Shown here piece by piece: positions 8,978 to 17,617 of a DNA stretch of 27,379 nt (position 1 is its first letter; each line of letters begins with the position of its first letter). This DNA comes from Candidatus Latescibacterota bacterium. Lineage in GTDB: Bacteria > Latescibacterota > UBA2968 > UBA8231. The translations under genes were made by a program, and so were the position numbers. Under the pieces are notes generated by a model that saw only the letters and a program-made list of their open reading frames with translations, was not told where the DNA came from and did no database searches. Where the stretch lies: NCBI GenBank assembly GCA_965205655.1, contig CBDBIJ010000040.1, positions 1-27,379 on the forward strand, in the 5' to 3' direction.

Positions 8978-11131
8978 ATGGGCGAGAGACTCCAGCGTTG
9001 GAAGGCACCCGCCGTCATCGCCGGGGTGTGTCTTCTCTGCTACATAAATTCTCTCGAGGGTGCGTTCCACTACGATGATTTTCACTCGATTCGAGATAAT
9101 CCCGGTGTTCGCACGTTGAAGAACGTGCCAGCTTTTTTCTGGGACATGAGTTTCTTTTCCTCCGATTCGGCGAAAGGGATGTATCGCCCGCTCCTGTTGG
9201 TGACCTATGCCCTGAACTACTGGGTCGCCGGGTATGGCGAGTGGGGGTACCACCTCGTCAACCTTCTGCTGCACGCCATCTGCAGCATTCTAGTATGGTC
9301 GGTCGCCCGGCGCCTTCTCGTGGACGATTCACTCGCCATCGTTTCCGGCCTCGTGTTCGCCTTGCATCCCCTGGCCACGGAGCCAGTCAATTACATCAGC
9401 AGCCGTTCAGAGCTTCTCGCGGGCTCGCTCTACTTGAGTGCGTTCGCGGCTGGGGTTTACGCCGATGTAGCCCCCCGATTGAGGGTCTACTCATGTGTCC
9501 TGTTCGCGCTCGGGTTGTTGAGCAAGGCCACCATGATTACCCTGCCATTCGCGCTCTACTTCTACGGCAGGTTCAGGGTCGGCTCCACACACAACTCGCT
9601 CGTTCGGTTGCTAATCCCTTACGGGCTGATTCTCCTCGTCTACCTCGTCGTCATCAAGTGGGTGGGTTTCCTGGGGAAATCGCTGGCATCTCCGGTGCGC
9701 GACGGGTGGACGCAACTGCTGACTCAGTCGAAAGCTCCGGCCTACTACCTCAAACTGCTGATGATGCCGGTTGGACAGAACGTTGAGCACCAGTTCTTTG
9801 AGGCATCGGCAATCTCGGGAACGACGATCCTCGGCCTGGCGCTCATTCTTTCCCTCGTCACCCTCGGTTGGCGCGGGAGAGTGCGGATTGCGGGGTTCGC
9901 GACGGCGTGGAGCCTTGTCGTTTTGCTGCCAACCTTGGCGATGCCGTTGAACATGCTCGTCAACGAGCGGCGCCTATACCTCGTCCTGGCTGGGCTCGCA
10001 TGGCTTGTTGGGGAACTGCTCCGACGGCCCTCCGGACGCTGGCTCCTTGCCGGAATCCCCGTTCTCGCCGTGCTGAGCATGTCGAGAAACGAAGTCTGGG
10101 CCGACGATATGAGCCTGTGGACGGATGCTGTCAAAAAGGCGCCCGCCATGTACCGCACGCATACCAATCTTGGTCGCGCGTTGCAGGCGAGCGGAGACGC
10201 GCCAGGAGCTCGCGCAGCCTACGAGCGGGCTATTGAGATCGACCCGCGCTACGGAGACGTCTTCAACAACATGGCCACGCTGCTTCACAAACAGGGCCGT
10301 CTGGACGAAGCGATCACGTGGTATCAAAGGGCAATCAAACGATTTTCGGACTACGAGGAGATACACCAGAATCTGGCCGACGCCTATTCGCAGAAAGGGC
10401 TGCTTGACTCGGCCGTGAGCCAGTACGAACGTGCCCTCGCCATCGATGATCGAAAAGGAGAAATCTGGTCGAACTATGGACAGACACTGTATCAGGCAGG
10501 GGAGTCCGTTGAGGCGGAGAAGGCTTTCTATCGCGCTTTGGAGCTTCTGCCCGGGGCGCCCGAGCCGTACAACAACCTCGGGAACATCCTCGCCGATCGG
10601 CACGACTTCGACCGGGCCGTCGAGCTGTACGAGAAGGCCCTTGCGATGAAGCCAGAGGGCGTCGCGGACGTCATGAGCAATCTAGGTGACGCCTACAGAA
10701 GGAAGGGCGCGCTCGTCAAAGCGCGACGGACTCTCGAGGAAGCGATTGCTGTAGATCCCGACAATGCCGGTCACTACGAGCGCCTCGGTCTGGTGGATCG
10801 CGCCGCCGGCAACGACTCCAGCGCACTGATCTATTTCGAAAAGGCGATCTCCCTGAACCCGAAATCCTCGAAACCCCGCGTCGAGCTCGGCGAAATTCTG
10901 GCAGAGCGAGGCCATCACGAGGCGGCGATCCGCAGCTACAGAGCCGCCCTGAGCCTTGATTCCGAGTACAGCCGCGCCTGGTACGGCCTGGGAACGGCAC
11001 TCGACGAGACCGGAGAATTGCCACAGGCGATCGATGCATACCGAGCCTTCCTGCGGGTGTGGCGGCACGAGGATCGACGCTTCGACGACGTTCGCAGGCG
11101 AGTGCGCGAGCTCGAGGACGGGGAGGAATGA
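8978..11131 (+). CDS. TMTC-like GT-C + TPR protein, copy 5 (~717 aa, long TPR tail)
   Basis: FHYDDFHSI, MYRPL, HPLATEPVNYISSRSE, PLNMLVNERRLYL, SRNEVW, ~350-aa TPR tail. Start uncertain (ATG 8978, TTG 8969 or ATG 8903). Confidence 0.87.
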   Translation: MGERLQRWKAPAVIAGVCLLCYINSLEGAFHYDDFHSIRDNPGVRTLKNVPAFFWDMSFFSSDSAKGMYRPLLLVTYALNYWVAGYGEWGYHLVNLLLHAICSILVWSVARRLLVDDSLAIVSGLVFALHPLATEPVNYISSRSELLAGSLYLSAFAAGVYADVAPRLRVYSCVLFALGLLSKATMITLPFALYFYGRFRVGSTHNSLVRLLIPYGLILLVYLVVIKWVGFLGKSLASPVRDGWTQLLTQSKAPAYYLKLLMMPVGQNVEHQFFEASAISGTTILGLALILSLVTLGWRGRVRIAGFATAWSLVVLLPTLAMPLNMLVNERRLYLVLAGLAWLVGELLRRPSGRWLLAGIPVLAVLSMSRNEVWADDMSLWTDAVKKAPAMYRTHTNLGRALQASGDAPGARAAYERAIEIDPRYGDVFNNMATLLHKQGRLDEAITWYQRAIKRFSDYEEIHQNLADAYSQKGLLDSAVSQYERALAIDDRKGEIWSNYGQTLYQAGESVEAEKAFYRALELLPGAPEPYNNLGNILADRHDFDRAVELYEKALAMKPEGVADVMSNLGDAYRRKGALVKARRTLEEAIAVDPDNAGHYERLGLVDRAAGNDSSALIYFEKAISLNPKSSKPRVELGEILAERGHHEAAIRSYRAALSLDSEYSRAWYGLGTALDETGELPQAIDAYRAFLRVWRHEDRRFDDVRRRVRELEDGEE

Positions 11132-12606
11132 GCTCCTGGAAGGAACTGGGCAGCCCCGTGGCGCTCATGGCCATCGTCGCCGCCCTGTCCGCCAACTCCG
11201 TCGGCGGCAGCTTTCACTACGACGATCTCCATTCCATTCTGAACAATCCCAACATTCGGGACCTCGCGAATGTCTCGGCTTTCTTCACCGACGCCAAGCA
11301 GTTCTCCGTCGATGTCGACAAGGCAATGTACCGCCCGCTTCTGCTCCTGACGTATGCTCTCAACTACTCCCTTGGGGAATACGATGTTACGGGATATCAC
11401 GTCGTCAACGTGTTTTTCCACGGAATCAGCGCCATTCTGGTGTGGAGCATCGCCGTCAGCCTCGGGTTCGAAAGACATGTGGCATTCCTTGTTGCGGCTC
11501 TCTTCGCCGCTCATCCGCTGGCAACGGAACCGGTCAACTACATCAGCAGCCGGTCCGAGTTGCTCGGGGCGGCTCTGTTCCTGGCTTCGTTCAGATGGTT
11601 CATAGCCGGGTCCGAATCAGCTCGGAAAGCGAGCGTGATCCTTTTCGCCCTCGGGCTGATGTCGAAGTCCGTCGTCGTCGTGCTACCAGTCATCCTGTGG
11701 CTGTGTCAGAAGTGGCTCCTCGACCAGAGGCCCACTGCCCGCATCCATCTGCCGTACTGGAGCGTAGTTGTCTGCTACCTTTCAATGCTGGCGTGGACGC
11801 GATTCCTTCAATCCTCAATAGCCGGTTCACCCCGCGCCCTCGACGTGCAGTTGTGGACGCAGGTCAAGGCGATGGCGTTGTATGCGAAGCTTCTGATCAT
11901 GCCTGTGGGTCTGAACGTGGAGCACCAGTTCTTCGAGGCTACCAATCCCTGGCAGGCGCCGGTGGCGCTGGGCCTGTGCCTGGTTGTCTCCACGTCCGCC
12001 CTGGGTTGGTGTGCGCTGCCGCGTCCAAGCCTTTTCTGGCTGTCCTGGATGGCGATCACTCTTGCTCCCGCTTCCATCACGCCTCTGAATGTGCTGATCA
12101 ACGAACACCGGCTGTACCTGCCGTTGGCAGGGTTCGCTCTGATGTGCGGCGGCCTGTTCTCGGGCCGGTCGCCGACTGAGCTCCCAGCCTTCCGCATGTT
12201 TGCACTCGGAGTCGTCTTCTTCGCCGGCCTGATGATTCAGCGCAACAGTGTCTGGCATGATGAGAAGACGTTGTGGGAGGATGCCGCAGCCAAGAGTCCG
12301 CTGATGGTGCGTCCGCAGGTTCATCTCGGCAACGCGCTACGCAGCCGAGGCCAGTTTGATGCGGCTGAGAGGGCCTACAGGCGCGCGATCGATCTCGAAC
12401 CTGCGCATCGGGCGGCCAACACGAATCTGGCGAATCTCTATCTCGAAGCTGGTCAGGGAACGAACGACGAGACCACCTCGCGACGGCTGTATGAATGGTC
12501 CGCAGAGCGATATGAAGAAGTTCTCGATACAGATCCGGCCTACAAGGAGGCCTTGAACAACCTCGGTAGCGTCTACGCTTTGCTGGGAAGAGATCGTGAG
12601 GCCTGA
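11128..12606 (+). CDS. TMTC-like GT-C + TPR protein, copy 6, N-terminal part (premature stop from a 1-nt frameshift)
   Basis: ATG 11128 with GGGGAGG RBS and ATGA overlap. FHYDDLHSI, MYRPL, HPLATEPVNYISSRSE, PLNVLINEHRLYLP, QRNSVW. Stops mid-TPR at GRDREA-TGA. Confidence 0.87.
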   Translation: MSSWKELGSPVALMAIVAALSANSVGGSFHYDDLHSILNNPNIRDLANVSAFFTDAKQFSVDVDKAMYRPLLLLTYALNYSLGEYDVTGYHVVNVFFHGISAILVWSIAVSLGFERHVAFLVAALFAAHPLATEPVNYISSRSELLGAALFLASFRWFIAGSESARKASVILFALGLMSKSVVVVLPVILWLCQKWLLDQRPTARIHLPYWSVVVCYLSMLAWTRFLQSSIAGSPRALDVQLWTQVKAMALYAKLLIMPVGLNVEHQFFEATNPWQAPVALGLCLVVSTSALGWCALPRPSLFWLSWMAITLAPASITPLNVLINEHRLYLPLAGFALMCGGLFSGRSPTELPAFRMFALGVVFFAGLMIQRNSVWHDEKTLWEDAAAKSPLMVRPQVHLGNALRSRGQFDAAERAYRRAIDLEPAHRAANTNLANLYLEAGQGTNDETTSRRLYEWSAERYEEVLDTDPAYKEALNNLGSVYALLGRDREA

Positions 12607-13063
12607 GCTGGCATACAGGCAGGCGATCGACCGAAACCCTCATTTCGCCGACCCCTACTTCAACCTCGGAGGTTTCTACTCTCAGAGACACCGATTGACG
12701 GAAGCGGTGGCGATGTACGAGCGCGGACTCGCATTGGAGAGGGATGCCGATGCCTACTTCGCTCTTGGAAACATTCACGCGAAGACGGAGCAGCTCCCGC
12801 AAGCGATTGCCGCCTATCGCGCCGCGTGGAAAACCGATGATAGCTCCGTGGCGTACGGCCGAAATCTCGCGGAAGTCCTGCTCGTGCACGGTGAGCGAGA
12901 GCTTGGGGCAGGAGATGGGGAAGCGGCGACGAGGTTGTGGCTGGAGGCCAGGGAGAGTCTCGAGAGGGTGATCGAACTCGACCCGGGAAACGAACACGCG
13001 AAGAAGAGACTGGCGCAGCTCGGCGAGCGGCTCCTCGATGCGGTAGGGGGAATCGGGCAATGA
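12596..13063 (+). pseudogene. C-terminal TPR part of TMTC-like copy 6 (+1 frame)
   Basis: Removing one base from GCCTGAG (12601-12607) gives GRDREAELAYRQAIDRNPHFADPYFNLG, a continuous TPR, and a ~644-aa protein whose stop overlaps the next ATG (13060). Confidence 0.8.
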
Positions 13064-15099
13064 AAGAAGTTGTGGCGTTCTTGGTTTCGCGCCCGCTTGC
13101 CTCAGCTGCACTCATAGCCGCGATGTGCGCCGTGCTCTACTCGAATTCCCTGAACAACGGGTTTCAGTACGACGACCGGCACTCCATCGTGGAGAATCCT
13201 CATATCAGAGATCTCGGCAATGTCGCCCGTTTTTTCAGCCACCCCGAGTACTTCTCCCGCGACCCGGACAAGGCAATGGTGCGCCCGGTCCTGTTGGCGA
13301 CCCTGGCTGCAAACTACGCCTGGAGCGGTTACGAGACCTATTCGTATCACTTCGTCAATATCATCCTCCACGGCCTGTGTGCCGTTTTGTCTTGGGCGAT
13401 ATTGCGACAGCTCGGCACCTCGCCCTGTCTGGCCCTGTTCGGCGGCCTCCTGTTCGCCGCCCACCCAATCTGCACTGAACCGGTGAACTACATCAGCGCG
13501 CGGTCCGAGTTGTTGGCGGCGGCTGCGATTTTCGGGAGCTTCTGGCTTTACGGTCTGGCGGCAGACTCCCTCCGGCAGAGTCGCGGGGGAGAGTGGCAGT
13601 TGCGCCTTGGCTCCGTGGCGTTGTTCGCTGTCGGCCTCGGGTGCAAATCGGTAGCCATCGTTCTGCCGCCGCTGCTGCTGTGCCGGGATTTCTCCCTGGG
13701 ACAGCTCGACCGTCATAGGTGGAAGCGCTACCTGCCGTACGGCTTGATTGCAGCTGCCTATCTCTTGTATATGAAGAGCTTTCTCCTCACGGCGCTCATC
13801 GACGCGCCGGTGCGATCGTCATATTCGCAATTGGCCACCCAGATCAAGGCGATTCCCTATTACTTCAAGATACTCATCATCCCCGCAGGCCTCAGCGTCT
13901 ATCACTCCTTCAGCACCGACACATTCGCCTCGTTCACTGTCGTAGCAAGTCTGGCAGCCCTCACATCCCTCCTTGTCTGGACGACGATGGCCGGGTGGGG
14001 GCAGCGCTACCGGCTACATCTCCTGGGACTGGGGTGGATGGCCATAACTCTCGCTCCGACCTTCGTTGTGCCTCTCAATGTGCTGGTCAACGAGCACCGG
14101 CTCTACCTGCCCCTGCTCGGGTTCGTTATCACGTTGGTGGGAGTTCCACGTCTGGAGTCGGTTCCCGGCATGCTGCGCGGCGCACCTGTTGCCATAATCC
14201 TTTTTGGCATACTCGTCCTGCTGCGAAATCCGGCATGGTCAACCGAGTGGACGCTCTGGAAGGACGTGTCCCGAAAGTCAGGCGGGGATGCCCTGCCGTA
14301 CGTGTACATGGCCAACTATGCGAAGGACGGCGGACAGCTGGAGAAGGCAGTCGGGCTTTTTGAAAAGGCGCTCGAGCGCGATTCGGGCAACATTGCCGCC
14401 CGCAACAATCTCGCCAATACCTACAGGCAGATGGGTGACTGGTCGATGGCGACAAGAGTCTTCGGCCGGATACTGGATGAGCAGCCGGCAAATTCGGATG
14501 TGCGGTACAATCTCGCACGGACATACCAGGCTGGAGGGGAACGAGACTTGGCGCGAACTCACTACCTGGCCGTCGATCCAACGAGCATTCACCATCATCT
14601 GGCGCTCAACAACGTGGGGACGTTGTACGAAAGAGAGGGTAGGCTGGACAGCGCCGTCTACTATTACCGAGCGGCTCTGGCGAGCAGCGCCAGCTCGCCG
14701 GACGGGCGGAGGAACCTCAGCCGAGTTCAGGCGCAGCTCACCGAGTCGATGGTGAAACTGCACGAGATGGGCGAGTTCGCCCAGGCCGAATCGGTGTGCC
14801 GCCAGTTGCTGCAGGACGATCCCGAGGACCGTGATGCCAGGTTCCTACTTGCTGTGACTCTGTATTATATGACCGAGTACGACGAGAGTATTGAAGAGAC
14901 TCTTCGGCTCGTCGAGTCCCATCCCGCTTTTGGCGAGGGTCTGCTTCAACTTGCGAACGTTATGGAGACAGCGGGCCGTCCAGTGGAAGCGAAGGAGGCG
15001 TACGAGCAGCTATTGCAGCGATCAGAGGACACCGATTTGCGCCGAGAAGTGCGGAAGCGAATGCGGAATCTGAGCCAGCGGATGGAGCGAGTGAATTGA
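13060..15099 (+). CDS. TMTC-like GT-C + TPR protein, copy 7 (~679 aa)
   Basis: ATGA overlap start at 13060. FQYDDRHSI, MVRP, HPICTEPVNYISARSE, PLNVLVNEHRLYLP, LRNPAW, TPR tail. Confidence 0.87.
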   Translation: MKEVVAFLVSRPLASAALIAAMCAVLYSNSLNNGFQYDDRHSIVENPHIRDLGNVARFFSHPEYFSRDPDKAMVRPVLLATLAANYAWSGYETYSYHFVNIILHGLCAVLSWAILRQLGTSPCLALFGGLLFAAHPICTEPVNYISARSELLAAAAIFGSFWLYGLAADSLRQSRGGEWQLRLGSVALFAVGLGCKSVAIVLPPLLLCRDFSLGQLDRHRWKRYLPYGLIAAAYLLYMKSFLLTALIDAPVRSSYSQLATQIKAIPYYFKILIIPAGLSVYHSFSTDTFASFTVVASLAALTSLLVWTTMAGWGQRYRLHLLGLGWMAITLAPTFVVPLNVLVNEHRLYLPLLGFVITLVGVPRLESVPGMLRGAPVAIILFGILVLLRNPAWSTEWTLWKDVSRKSGGDALPYVYMANYAKDGGQLEKAVGLFEKALERDSGNIAARNNLANTYRQMGDWSMATRVFGRILDEQPANSDVRYNLARTYQAGGERDLARTHYLAVDPTSIHHHLALNNVGTLYEREGRLDSAVYYYRAALASSASSPDGRRNLSRVQAQLTESMVKLHEMGEFAQAESVCRQLLQDDPEDRDARFLLAVTLYYMTEYDESIEETLRLVESHPAFGEGLLQLANVMETAGRPVEAKEAYEQLLQRSEDTDLRREVRKRMRNLSQRMERVN

Positions 15100-17036
15100 A
15101 GCATAGCTGGGTTGTGCTCCCCGTCCTCTGCTTTGGACTTTACTGGAATTCGCGTGACAACGGGTTTCACTACGATGACATCCATTCCATCGTCGACAAC
15201 ATACATATCAGACAACTGGCGAATATCCCCTCGTTCCTCGTAGAGCCCTCGATGTTCTCCGTAGATGCCGACAAGGCCATGTACCGGCCCACGCTGCTGG
15301 TGACTTATGCCATCAACTATGCGGCGGGCGAGGCGACCGATCCCCGGGATTTACGCGGCGGCGGGCTCGACGGCTTTACCTATCACCTGGGGAACATTCT
15401 CATTCATGGCCTCAACGCCTGTCTCGTCTGGTGGCTCGCCCGGTTGATTGGCGGCTGCCATGGGCCCGCCCTTGTCGCCGGACTCCTCTTTCTCGCTCAC
15501 CCGCTATGCGCCGAGCCCGTCAACTACATAAGCGCCCGCAGCGACAGTCTGGCAGCCCTGTTCTATCTGATGGGATTGTGCCTGTTCATCGGCGTCGCCG
15601 CACGCGGAGAGGAGGTTTGGCGGCGGTGTAGCTGGTTGGCGGCATTCGCCCTCGGGCTTCTGTGTAAGTCCACGGTCATAACACTTCCGCTCGTCGTGCT
15701 GCTCTACGACTATCTGCACTTGCGTGACTCCCGCAGGTCGTTTGGACGACGAGTGGTCGTGACTCATGTTCCCGCCTGGGTAATTGCTGCACTGTATTTG
15801 GTGACCATTTCGAGAAACGGTTTTCTTTCCGGCTCGCTCGCCAACCCCGTGCGGGATGGATGGACGCAGGCGCTCACGCAGATCAAGGCAGTGAGCTACT
15901 ATCTGCACAACCTTGTTGTTCCGACACATCTGGTCGTGGAGCCGCAGTTCTCGGAGCAGACCACCTTCTGGTCCGGCGTCGTCGTGCTCTCTGTGTGTCT
16001 CGCCCTTTCTGTTGGGCTCATCCTCTACTACCTCTGGATAAAGAAGAGTCGAACTTCGCTGTTCATCCTCCTCTGGCCTCTGATCTCCATGCTACCCGTG
16101 GTCGTCATGCCTTTGAATGTCTTCGTCAACGAGCGGCGCCTCTACCTGCCGTGTGCCGCCTTCTGCATCGGATTGGCCCTCGTGCTGAGCTCGAGAGGGC
16201 TGAGCCAGCTCAAGGTGAGCGGTTTCAGGGGTCGAACAATCGCTGCGGCGGCGCTGGGGATCGTATTCGCAGCGATCGTATTCGATCGAAACAAGGTCTG
16301 GTCCAGCGATTTCACACTCTGGCAGGATGCGGTTGCAAAGGCTCCGAAGATGCCACGCAACCATCTGTATTTGGGAAATGCATACAAGGATCTGGCGCAG
16401 AGCACGGCCGCAGTAGCTGCCGCGCGTCCGCATTGGCAAGCCGCCTCGCAATCCTATCGTCGGGTCATCGAGCTCGGGAGCGATGAGGAACTCTCCGTAC
16501 GCTCCCAGAACAACCTGGGCAGTGTCCAATTCATGCTCGGCAACTTCGAGGCTGCGGAGAAAGCCTACCGAGCTGCCCTGGCGAGTAATCCCTCTTACGT
16601 CGATGCGATAATCAACATGGGCAGCATCATTTTGATGAAAGCCCGCGGTGCCAAAGACGACGCTAAAGGCGCGAAGCTGCTCAGAGAGAGCATCAAGTAC
16701 TTCAAGCAAGCTCTGGAATCCCGGCCGAACAACGACGACGCCTGGGGCAACGTAGGCGTCGCCTACCACGATCTTGGCGACATCGACGAGGCGTTGAAGG
16801 CATATGAGAAGTCGCTCCACCTGAACCCGCAGAACGCACGGGCGTGGCGCAACCGGGGTAGCATCTATCACCTGATGGCGGACGAGGCCATCGCCTCCGG
16901 CGGCACTCCGGTGGAGGAGTTGAAAAAAGCCCGGTACAGTTTTCGCAAGGCTGTTCGGTTCCGGCCCTCCTACACTGAGGCGCTACTGGGACTGAAGCAG
17001 GTGGAAGAGAAGCTGCAGCGAATCGCGGAAAAGTGA
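15096..17036 (+). CDS. TMTC-like GT-C + TPR protein, copy 8 (646 aa)
   Basis: TTGA overlap start. FHYDDIHSI, MYRPT, HPLCAEPVNYISARSD, PLNVFVNERRLYLP, DRNKVW, TPR tail. Confidence 0.88.
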   Translation: MKHSWVVLPVLCFGLYWNSRDNGFHYDDIHSIVDNIHIRQLANIPSFLVEPSMFSVDADKAMYRPTLLVTYAINYAAGEATDPRDLRGGGLDGFTYHLGNILIHGLNACLVWWLARLIGGCHGPALVAGLLFLAHPLCAEPVNYISARSDSLAALFYLMGLCLFIGVAARGEEVWRRCSWLAAFALGLLCKSTVITLPLVVLLYDYLHLRDSRRSFGRRVVVTHVPAWVIAALYLVTISRNGFLSGSLANPVRDGWTQALTQIKAVSYYLHNLVVPTHLVVEPQFSEQTTFWSGVVVLSVCLALSVGLILYYLWIKKSRTSLFILLWPLISMLPVVVMPLNVFVNERRLYLPCAAFCIGLALVLSSRGLSQLKVSGFRGRTIAAAALGIVFAAIVFDRNKVWSSDFTLWQDAVAKAPKMPRNHLYLGNAYKDLAQSTAAVAAARPHWQAASQSYRRVIELGSDEELSVRSQNNLGSVQFMLGNFEAAEKAYRAALASNPSYVDAIINMGSIILMKARGAKDDAKGAKLLRESIKYFKQALESRPNNDDAWGNVGVAYHDLGDIDEALKAYEKSLHLNPQNARAWRNRGSIYHLMADEAIASGGTPVEELKKARYSFRKAVRFRPSYTEALLGLKQVEEKLQRIAEK

Positions 17037-17037
17037 G

Positions 17038-17592
17038 ATGCTCGGACTGGAGCGAAGGAGATTCGAGGATTGGGTGGGCGAGGTGCTGCTGAGGGAAAGT
17101 CCCGAATCAGGGCTGTCGATCGATGTGGGATGCGGCTGCGGCAGAGCGAACAAATTCTTCAAGAACGTGGTGATCGGCATGGACATCGCAGGGAATGTCC
17201 GGCCTCCTGTGGTGGGATCAGCGGACGCACTGCCCTTTGGCGACCGCACTTTTCAGTTCGCCGCCTCTTTCCAGAGCTATCTGTTCGTGAACGATATCGA
17301 GGGTGCCATCGTCGAACTGAATCGAGTGCTCGAGCTCGATGCGATTGCCGTCATATCGCTGTCGAAATGGTACTACCTGAAACGCGAGAGGCGGACCCAT
17401 TCCGGCACTGTTCAAGTGCATTCTGAGACAAGGTGGCGGAAGCTTTTCAACAGTGGCGGATTTCGAGTCGAAGAGATCTCCATTCCAGGACGCTATACGG
17501 GCAGGCTGTCGTTCGCCGCGAACGCCTTGAGCAGATATCTGGGCCCGTACAACCTCTACAAGCTTCGCAAGGTGAGTAGTCCGCCGGCGTAG
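17038..17592 (+). CDS. Class I SAM-dependent methyltransferase (Methyltransf_11-like), 184 aa
   Basis: Motif I SIDVGCGCG, GSADALPFGDRTFQ, and AIVELNRVL. Starts 1 nt after the upstream stop. Confidence 0.82.
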   Translation: MLGLERRRFEDWVGEVLLRESPESGLSIDVGCGCGRANKFFKNVVIGMDIAGNVRPPVVGSADALPFGDRTFQFAASFQSYLFVNDIEGAIVELNRVLELDAIAVISLSKWYYLKRERRTHSGTVQVHSETRWRKLFNSGGFRVEEISIPGRYTGRLSFAANALSRYLGPYNLYKLRKVSSPPA

Positions 17593-17617
17593 TGGAGGAT
17601 TGCCAACAGCGCCAGGC

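Noticed and set aside
10956..12179. 407-aa alternative-frame plus-strand ORF
   Set aside because: Arg/Ser/Pro-rich off-frame translation overlapping copies 5 and 6; no domain signal.
12598..12610. Programmed +1 frameshift or selenocysteine read-through at GCC-TGA
   Set aside because: Read-through would not reach the downstream frame. There is no prfB-like CTT-TGA slippery codon and GCC-to-CCT re-pairing is implausible; an indel is simpler.
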